Shown: piece by piece, positions 17,052-22,829 of the stretch | Position numbering within the stretch: the stretch's first letter is position 1 | How the letters are laid out: each line of letters opens with the position of its first letter | NCBI GenBank assembly: GCA_029858305.1 | Contig: JAOUFI010000031.1 | Location: forward strand, 1-22,829 | Direction of reading: 5' to 3' | Length of the DNA stretch: 22,829 bases | DNA from: Candidatus Thorarchaeota archaeon | Lineage (GTDB): Archaea > Asgardarchaeota > Thorarchaeia > Thorarchaeales > Thorarchaeaceae | Notes under the pieces: model-generated | What the model was told of the DNA's origin: nothing | What the model saw: only the letters and a program-made list of their open reading frames with translations | Databases searched by the model: none | Position numbers and translations under genes: made by a program

Positions 17052-17633
17052 ATGAGCCCTACATCCTCTGGAGAATTAATGTACAAAGTAGTCCTTATTG
17101 GAGAAGGGGCTGTTGGGAAGACCAGCATACGCCGCAATTTTCTGGGCAAAGGATTCATGTCAAGTCATATAGCGACCATCGGGGTTGATTTTGCTCAAAA
17201 ATATGTTTCAGTAAATCAACATACTGTACGTTTGGTGATATGGGACTTGGCTGGTCAGACTGGTTTTGAACGAGTAAGGAAACACTACTATCAGGGATGT
17301 AGCGCTCTTATTCTCGTATACTCAGTTGTAGATCGTAAGACTTTTGAAAATATCACTTGGTGGTTGGTCGAGGCCTTCAAGTATAATCAAATGATACCAC
17401 CCACTGCAATTCTCGCCAACAAAATCGACCTGCGAAGTTCCGAGACTAATGCTGATGAGGTTTCTACAGAGGAAGGTCTTCAATTCAGAGATATTTTCGT
17501 AAGCAGATTGGAAGTCCCAGCAATATTCCTTGAAACAAGTGCAAAAACTGGGGAGAATATTCAAGAGGCATTCACAGAGCTCACTAAGATTTTGATAGAT
17601 GAAGATAAAAAACGGAAGATGAAACTCACATAA
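17052..17633 (+). CDS. Rab-like small GTPase (Ras superfamily)
   Basis: G1 GEGAVGKT, G2/RabF1 TIGVDF, G3 WDLAGQ, YYQG, G4 NKID, G5 ETSAK. Start set at ATG 17052 (track start GTG 17010). Confidence 0.95.
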   Translation: MSPTSSGELMYKVVLIGEGAVGKTSIRRNFLGKGFMSSHIATIGVDFAQKYVSVNQHTVRLVIWDLAGQTGFERVRKHYYQGCSALILVYSVVDRKTFENITWWLVEAFKYNQMIPPTAILANKIDLRSSETNADEVSTEEGLQFRDIFVSRLEVPAIFLETSAKTGENIQEAFTELTKILIDEDKKRKMKLT

Positions 17634-17901
17634 TATCTTAGTTTAGATGGAGTAGTATTGATTCAGGCAGACCACCAAGACACTCATATCCAACGAGAAT
17701 GTGCCGATCATTGTGAAATATCTGGAAAGATGCAGTTGTTCATAACGATACGCGTATATTCAATTTTAATTCTTCACAACAAAGAACACTGGATTTAGAA
17801 ATAATGCCCAGAAATGTGGCAAAAGTTCCTCCAATGTTACTAGAGAAATTAACCGTTTTGTTTTCATTCATTCTCTGAAATCCAAAAGGAGGCCGAGACG
17901 A

Positions 17902-17985
17902 ATGGGATTCAATAGCGGGCAAGCCAAAAAAGCAAGAAAGCGGAAGCGTCATGAAAAACTCAAACATAGAGTCAATCACATCTAA
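17902..17985 (+). CDS. 27-aa highly basic small protein (unannotated, below the track cut-off)
   Basis: AAGGAGG at 17886-17892, then ATG 17902: MGFNSGQAKKARKRKRHEKLKHRVNHI* (TAA 17983-17985). It has 10 K/R, 3 H and 1 acidic residue, and lies in an otherwise empty 560-bp gap. Confidence 0.6.
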   Translation: MGFNSGQAKKARKRKRHEKLKHRVNHI

Positions 17986-18055
17986 ACATCCATTGCCAAC
18001 ATATCCTAGTCTTGCGTCGAAATGGAAAGGCTATGGGGGTTTTGATTCGATACAA

Positions 18056-18105
18056 GTGGAGATGGTAACATCTCACTGGATGAACCATCTTCATTCTTAT
18101 TTTTT
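18056..18105 (+). terminator. Candidate terminator/attenuator with alternative hairpins and a T tract
   Basis: GAGATG-GTAA-CATCTC (GNRA loop) competes with GATGGT(18061-66)/ACCATC(18084-89), followed by TCTTATTTTTT. Confidence 0.35.
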
Positions 18106-18196
18106 CGCGCCCTAGAGAAGCATATTAATCGTCTTAATTGGCAAGTTCCTTTCTCTGTCTAAAGAAGGTTGATATTCTCCAATCTCACTATTCACA

Positions 18197-19111
18197 ATGT
18201 TCAGGACTGAGGTTTCCACATTGAAAAATGAAATATATGTCTACAGTTTCTGCCCTTGTTTCAAGGATTTTGAGGGAGAGCTGATTTGCCTGAACAACGA
18301 TAGTCTCATTGATGTTGAGCATACAATATTCGCGGCAGACATATTGAATCGAGATGCCTCACTTGAAGCTCTGAAGGGTTTTGAAATCGGTGATGGCTGC
18401 ACATGTTATTCATCTATCTATACGTATAATGGACATTCCTACTGCTCGTCACAAGGCGATAGGATTCGGATTCATCAGACTGATATCACTTCAGATATGC
18501 TTGAATCCGCCATTCGACTCTACTCTCTCGGGCCTACGGAGATTACGGTTGATTGTGCTTCCTGTATCTATGGGATTCTTCTCGCCTTAGTACTGACTCA
18601 AGATCAAGCATCAGTTAAGAGATATTTGGATGAGTTCTCACTCAAAATAGCGATTAGATTTTCGGAATTACAACTTGATGAAATCAAAGAAGATACTCCC
18701 TACTTTGAGGTCATTCAAGAATATCTAGTAAAACTCCTTGAGAACGAATATTACTGGAAAGAAATACACGAACAGCTTAACAACGCCAAACAGTCAGCAT
18801 CTCTCAGGCAATTTGTCAGTATGATGGAGCAGCTGAATCGTTTCCAGTTCCTCTTCTATAGTCAGGTCATAAACATCAGGAGCGTTCAGAACTCGCGGTT
18901 ACTTGTTAGAATGCTTTCTCAGATTCTGCGCACTTCTAAGAATATTCTTGATTTGAATGGCAATATTCATTCATTAGTGGCTTCTCATGCCATAGACGGA
19001 AATCTTGACGATGCAGTCCTAGTATCTAAGATACAAGAATACATGGGAAAGAGTCGCACACTGGACCATTTCTTTGGCAACATTGCTGACATAATGAAAG
19101 GATCAAGATAG
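18197..19111 (+). CDS. Hypothetical protein with a Cys-rich N-terminal region and a helical C-terminal region
   Basis: 304-aa ORF with 8 Cys in the first ~112 aa (CPC, C, CTC, C, CASC) and none after. An alternative TTG start at 18221 has GAGGT upstream. No family recognised. Confidence 0.8.
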   Translation: MFRTEVSTLKNEIYVYSFCPCFKDFEGELICLNNDSLIDVEHTIFAADILNRDASLEALKGFEIGDGCTCYSSIYTYNGHSYCSSQGDRIRIHQTDITSDMLESAIRLYSLGPTEITVDCASCIYGILLALVLTQDQASVKRYLDEFSLKIAIRFSELQLDEIKEDTPYFEVIQEYLVKLLENEYYWKEIHEQLNNAKQSASLRQFVSMMEQLNRFQFLFYSQVINIRSVQNSRLLVRMLSQILRTSKNILDLNGNIHSLVASHAIDGNLDDAVLVSKIQEYMGKSRTLDHFFGNIADIMKGSR

Positions 19112-19185
19112 TATCAGGTATTCCATTCACTTCTCTTTGAAGAGTGGATTCTCAAGGTCCTATGCAAAACTATGACCATAGAACG

Positions 19186-19217
19186 GAAAATATTGAAAGA
19201 GAGGCGTGAGCCTCTCT
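19186..19217 (-). terminator. Hairpin plus T tract just after the oligoendopeptidase stop codon
   Basis: Minus strand AGAGAGGC-tcac-GCCTCTCT followed by TTCAATATTTT, starting 5 nt after the TGA at 19222-19224. Confidence 0.55.
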
Positions 19218-19221
19218 CGCA

Positions 19222-21006
19222 TCATAGGGTTTCTTCAAATAATTTCACGAATTCTTTGAACTGATCAATACCCTTCTGCCAGAACTCCTCAGTTGTGACA
19301 TTAAATCCAATACCTTCGGCTAAATCTTTTGGAGATTTGCTAGAACCTGCAGCCAAGAGCGCCTTCATTTTGGGTACAAACTCCTTTCCTTGCTCTTTGT
19401 ACAATCGATACATTGCGTAGACGAACAGCTGAGCATAGACGTATGGGTAGTTATAGTACCTATAATTAGCCATATAGAAGTGCAATTTCATAGTCCACCA
19501 CCACCTCATTTCAGGCAACCATTCAACTGAGTCACCATACATCTTTTCGCGAGCTTTGAGCCAGAGTTCAGAAATCTTCTCGCCATCAAGATACTTGCCC
19601 TTTTCAATTGCTTCATACAACATACTCTCGAACCAGACTCGAGTGGAAACCTGATATGCTGTACCGCCAAAGCCATCTAGGATGGCCGCAAGTATGGCTT
19701 GTTTTTCTTCTTTTTTAACATCCTGCGAAAGGAGTTTTTCCGCTAATAGAAGTTCTCCAAAGATAGAACCGGTTTCAGCAATACAACTTCCGATTTTATA
19801 GTTAGATGGCTTTTGAGCTCTAGTACCCAAATACGCGTGCATAGCATGACCAAGTTCGTGTGCTTGCGTGAACAAATCCCCCATGATGCCATTGTAACTC
19901 TGTAGGATATATGCGCTCTGTCCAGCATGCCAAGTGGCGCAGAAGGCACCAGACCTCTTTCCAGCTCGGACCTGGCCATCTATATGACGGCGTTCATACA
20001 TCTCGTCCATCCACTGGCCTACTTCTTCATCAAAATCAGTGTAAGCATCGATAATGATTGTTCTGGCTTCATCCCACGTGTATTTCTTCTCAGGAGCATT
20101 AGGCAATGGTGCATCAATGTCCCAGTTACCAAGTTTTTCAAGTTTCATGGCTTTTGCTTTAAGCCTTAGGTAATTACGATAAACATCAACATTCTTCTCT
20201 ATAGTATTCATTAGAGCGTTAATTGTATCCTCATCAACATCATTTGAGATATAACTCTGAGTCAAAGGTGAGGGCCAATTTCTCAATTTGCACATTGTGA
20301 GATGATCTGAGAATACCGAACGTAAAGCTGATGACCAAATAATTTCATCTTTTCCAAGATTTTCATAGACTACTTGATGAGCTCTTTTTCTTATAGCACG
20401 ATTTGCGTGCTCGTAAAGTCCAACTATTTCACCATAAGGTAGAGTTTTAGTCTCTCCGTCGATTTCTATCTCATAGGTACGAGAGGCTAGCCAATCACCT
20501 TGCAACATGGACCAAGCTCGGACTCCATTCTTGTCTTTTGCAATGACAATCTGTTCCTCAAGCTCAGTCAGCATATGCGGAATACTACGCTGTATCTTCT
20601 CAAGATAATGTTTGTATTCAGTCAAGAGCGGATCATCAATTATTTCAGCTCTTTTTGTTATCAAAGCGCCAAGCTCGAGATTGATAAAAGCTAACGCCTG
20701 CGTTTTTGAAGCAAAGGTATTCCTGAATTTATCATAGAGATGTTTGGCAACATCCTGGTTCATATCAGCGGCGTACATATACCTTGAATAGGTTATTGGG
20801 CCATCAAACTGAAGTTCTAACTCATTCATCGAGTCCAATAACTCAAGAACGTCATTTGCATTAAAACTCTCAATTTTTCCCCGGTATCTCTCACGGAAAG
20901 CTTCAGTAGCCTTGATAGCAGCTGTAAGCCGCTCTTCAATATAGGCTGGGTCATCAAATTCGACCATCTGAGAGAGGTCCCAGCTCATTTTCTCTGACTC
21001 AGTCAC
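19222..21006 (-). CDS. pepF: Oligoendopeptidase F (peptidase family M3B)
   Basis: N-terminal WDLS, GKRSGAFC, Zn motif AHELGHAMH, IAETGSIFGE and HFY...YYNYPY. The start is uncertain (21036, 21006 or 20988). Confidence 0.92.
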   Translation of the reverse strand: MTESEKMSWDLSQMVEFDDPAYIEERLTAAIKATEAFRERYRGKIESFNANDVLELLDSMNELELQFDGPITYSRYMYAADMNQDVAKHLYDKFRNTFASKTQALAFINLELGALITKRAEIIDDPLLTEYKHYLEKIQRSIPHMLTELEEQIVIAKDKNGVRAWSMLQGDWLASRTYEIEIDGETKTLPYGEIVGLYEHANRAIRKRAHQVVYENLGKDEIIWSSALRSVFSDHLTMCKLRNWPSPLTQSYISNDVDEDTINALMNTIEKNVDVYRNYLRLKAKAMKLEKLGNWDIDAPLPNAPEKKYTWDEARTIIIDAYTDFDEEVGQWMDEMYERRHIDGQVRAGKRSGAFCATWHAGQSAYILQSYNGIMGDLFTQAHELGHAMHAYLGTRAQKPSNYKIGSCIAETGSIFGELLLAEKLLSQDVKKEEKQAILAAILDGFGGTAYQVSTRVWFESMLYEAIEKGKYLDGEKISELWLKAREKMYGDSVEWLPEMRWWWTMKLHFYMANYRYYNYPYVYAQLFVYAMYRLYKEQGKEFVPKMKALLAAGSSKSPKDLAEGIGFNVTTEEFWQKGIDQFKEFVKLFEETL

Positions 21007-21089
21007 GATAATTGCACCAATGAGCCTCTGAATCATTCTCTCTTTTGAGTGCTATGCAAAAGGCACAATTTTTGATTTTGCTATGTCCC

Positions 21090-21965
21090 TCAAAGAACGA
21101 GTTCATGTAAAATAAGTCGAAGCTCATGATTACGTCTCCTTAACCAGCTAATCTTAGAATAAAGAGATGTATATTCTGGAAGATGAATGCAAAGGAGATT
21201 TCTTAATCCATTTTGATCTGCGTATTGAAGATTTGCAGATAATCCCGAAAGAAACGAATCATTATTGGTAGCAAAAAGCGAGAAGCACCATTCTGAACCA
21301 GCGCTGGTTGAATGGTGTACTCCCAAACTAAGTACTGCTCCCAGCTCATTCGATCCCACTAGAAAACAGGAGGTTTTTTCTAACTCTCTAATTTTCTTTT
21401 TTGTTGCATCGAAAATATCCCAGTGCCTGATAATTGCATTAAGTGGAACAAGATTTGGATGCTGTTTCATGAGGAAGAGGACGGACTCACTATTCGCAGC
21501 CTCAAGTTCAATTCTATTATTACTCCATTTAGGATAGTTTCTAAACCCTTTCCAAAAGACAGCATATTCAACGACCGGTTCCATTCCTATACCTGCAGCC
21601 AATTTGATCGGCGCAATATTATCTCCAGAGGTTACAAGACGAATCCTTTTCACGTTCAATTTCTTTGCTACTTCAACCAAATGAACCGTTAGTCGTTCAG
21701 CAAGTCCCTTTAGTCTATATTCTGAATGAACCCTAAGACCTTCCATCCACGCAGTTCTTCCATTATCAATAATTCGGACGTTTGCTACAGCGATGACTTT
21801 GTTGCTTTGATCTAATACAAAGGGATGACAAGAAGAATTCTCTAGCCAATCGTTGATAATAAATGGAAGATGGTCGTGGCCATTCCAAGTTGTCTTACTG
21901 ATCTCAATGATGTCTGGAATATCATCCTTCTTCAGGACACGCAATTGAGGTACCACTTCACTCAC
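21090..21965 (-). CDS. GNAT family N-acetyltransferase
   Basis: TTWNGHDHLP, AWMEGLRVHSEYRLKGLA (motif A) and NIAPIKLAAGIGM. The start is likely at GTG 21965/21956 or ATG 21977 rather than 22091. Confidence 0.85.
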   Translation of the reverse strand: MSEVVPQLRVLKKDDIPDIIEISKTTWNGHDHLPFIINDWLENSSCHPFVLDQSNKVIAVANVRIIDNGRTAWMEGLRVHSEYRLKGLAERLTVHLVEVAKKLNVKRIRLVTSGDNIAPIKLAAGIGMEPVVEYAVFWKGFRNYPKWSNNRIELEAANSESVLFLMKQHPNLVPLNAIIRHWDIFDATKKKIRELEKTSCFLVGSNELGAVLSLGVHHSTSAGSEWCFSLFATNNDSFLSGLSANLQYADQNGLRNLLCIHLPEYTSLYSKISWLRRRNHELRLILHELVL

Positions 21966-22134
21966 CCTAAAAATCATTAAACTAAACCAAAATAGAGAAT
22001 GACCATGAAAGACAGTAGTATCAAAGCAATAACTAGTAGAACTACTTTCAAAACCAATTTCCAAGCGTCCAAATCGTATTTCTCCTTTCACCGCTGAGTG
22101 AATTTAGTCTTTTGACTTTTTACTAATATTTCAC

Positions 22135-22829
22135 TTAAAGTATCTCCTTGAGCCATGATATCACTTCAGTATATGCGTTGATTCTGTTTTCTAATTTCGC
22201 TAATCCATGACCTTCATCTGCAAACCTCATCAACCGAACTTCTAGCCCTTTCTCTTTGAGCTTCTCGTACATTTGAAGTGATTCCGAGAGCGGTACGCGT
22301 TCATCATTGTCGCCTTGAATAATCAAGAGGGGTGCCGCGATGTTGTCAATTTTATGAATTGGACTCATTCGTGTTAGAATTTCCATATCGTGTTCTAAAC
22401 TTCCATATTCAGCCTCTCGAAGAGTCCTCCTCCATGCAGCAGTATTCTGAAGGAATGTAACGAAATTGGAGATGCCCACGATATCTATGCCAGCCTTCCA
22501 AAATTCAGGATGTTCAGTCATTGCAGAGAGCACGGCAAATCCACCATAGGAACCACCATATATCACGAGTCGGTTTCCATCAATTTCCTTTTCTTGGTCT
22601 TTGACATGAATTGCAAGCGACTTAATGTCCTTAATAGAATCAAGTCGTTTCTCAATGTTGTCCAAGTCAAGATATTTTCTACCATAGCCTTCACTACCTC
22701 GGATATTTGGCGTAATGAGTGCAAATCCTGATGCAAGAAAGAATTGAATTATTGGATTAAAATCAGGACGCATTTGTGCCTCCGGACCGCCGTGAATCAT
22801 AAAAATAGCCGGCCATCCATCACTCGGTT
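22135..22829 (-). CDS. S9 family serine peptidase (prolyl oligopeptidase / acylaminoacyl-peptidase-like), C-terminal catalytic domain; 5' end outside the window
   Basis: IHGGP, NIRGSEGYG, nucleophile GGSYGG, QGDNDERVP (Asp) and EGHG (His). The frame stays open to the right edge (...PSDGWPAIFMIHGG). Confidence 0.93.
   Translation of the reverse strand, partial: PSDGWPAIFMIHGGPEAQMRPDFNPIIQFFLASGFALITPNIRGSEGYGRKYLDLDNIEKRLDSIKDIKSLAIHVKDQEKEIDGNRLVIYGGSYGGFAVLSAMTEHPEFWKAGIDIVGISNFVTFLQNTAAWRRTLREAEYGSLEHDMEILTRMSPIHKIDNIAAPLLIIQGDNDERVPLSESLQMYEKLKEKGLEVRLMRFADEGHGLAKLENRINAYTEVISWLKEIL

Noticed and set aside
17740-17979. 79-aa minus-strand ORF in the GTPase downstream gap
   Set aside because: It has no recognisable motif or SD, and it overlaps antisense the better-supported SD-led basic micro-ORF. 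It cannot be fully excluded.
18056-18092. GGAGATGG... resembling the start of a fluoride (crcB) riboswitch
   Set aside because: It lacks the downstream GCTnATGAC..CTAC pseudoknot segment, and no fluoride-related gene follows.
1-22829. CRISPR arrays, tRNA/rRNA, transposases, integrases and known defence systems
   Set aside because: No periodic repeats, RNA-gene signatures or corresponding protein motifs were seen by eye on either strand.

Overview
Gene-dense prokaryotic DNA that most likely comes from an Asgard archaeon, possibly Thorarchaeia. This is an inference from a Rab-like small GTPase, a two-domain arrestin-fold protein, a PCI/winged-helix-like protein, TATA-like boxes, and a membrane-anchored BMP binding protein with many N-X-S/T sequons and no lipobox. 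Most of the window is scavenging and metabolic genes: an alpha/beta hydrolase, SnoaL-like protein, Atg22/UMF1-type MFS, a 4-gene BMP/Nup-type nucleoside ABC transporter, an extended SDR with a C-terminal Zn ribbon, Eis and GNAT acetyltransferases, a nitroreductase, oligoendopeptidase F and an S9 peptidase. I found no rRNA, tRNA, CRISPR array or mobile element. Things the ORF track misses: a membrane-protein gene running off the left edge, a -1 frameshift that moves the hydrolase's catalytic His into another frame, a PNPOx-like gene remnant with an in-frame TGA, and a 27-aa strongly basic micro-ORF with a perfect AAGGAGG site. The best candidate for an undescribed system is the 16.6-19.1 kb block: stand-alone WGR, divergent Rab-like GTPase, basic micro-peptide, competing hairpins and a Cys-rich unknown protein. 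The arrestin/Eis pair is the next candidate. Functional linkage in both is hypothesis only.
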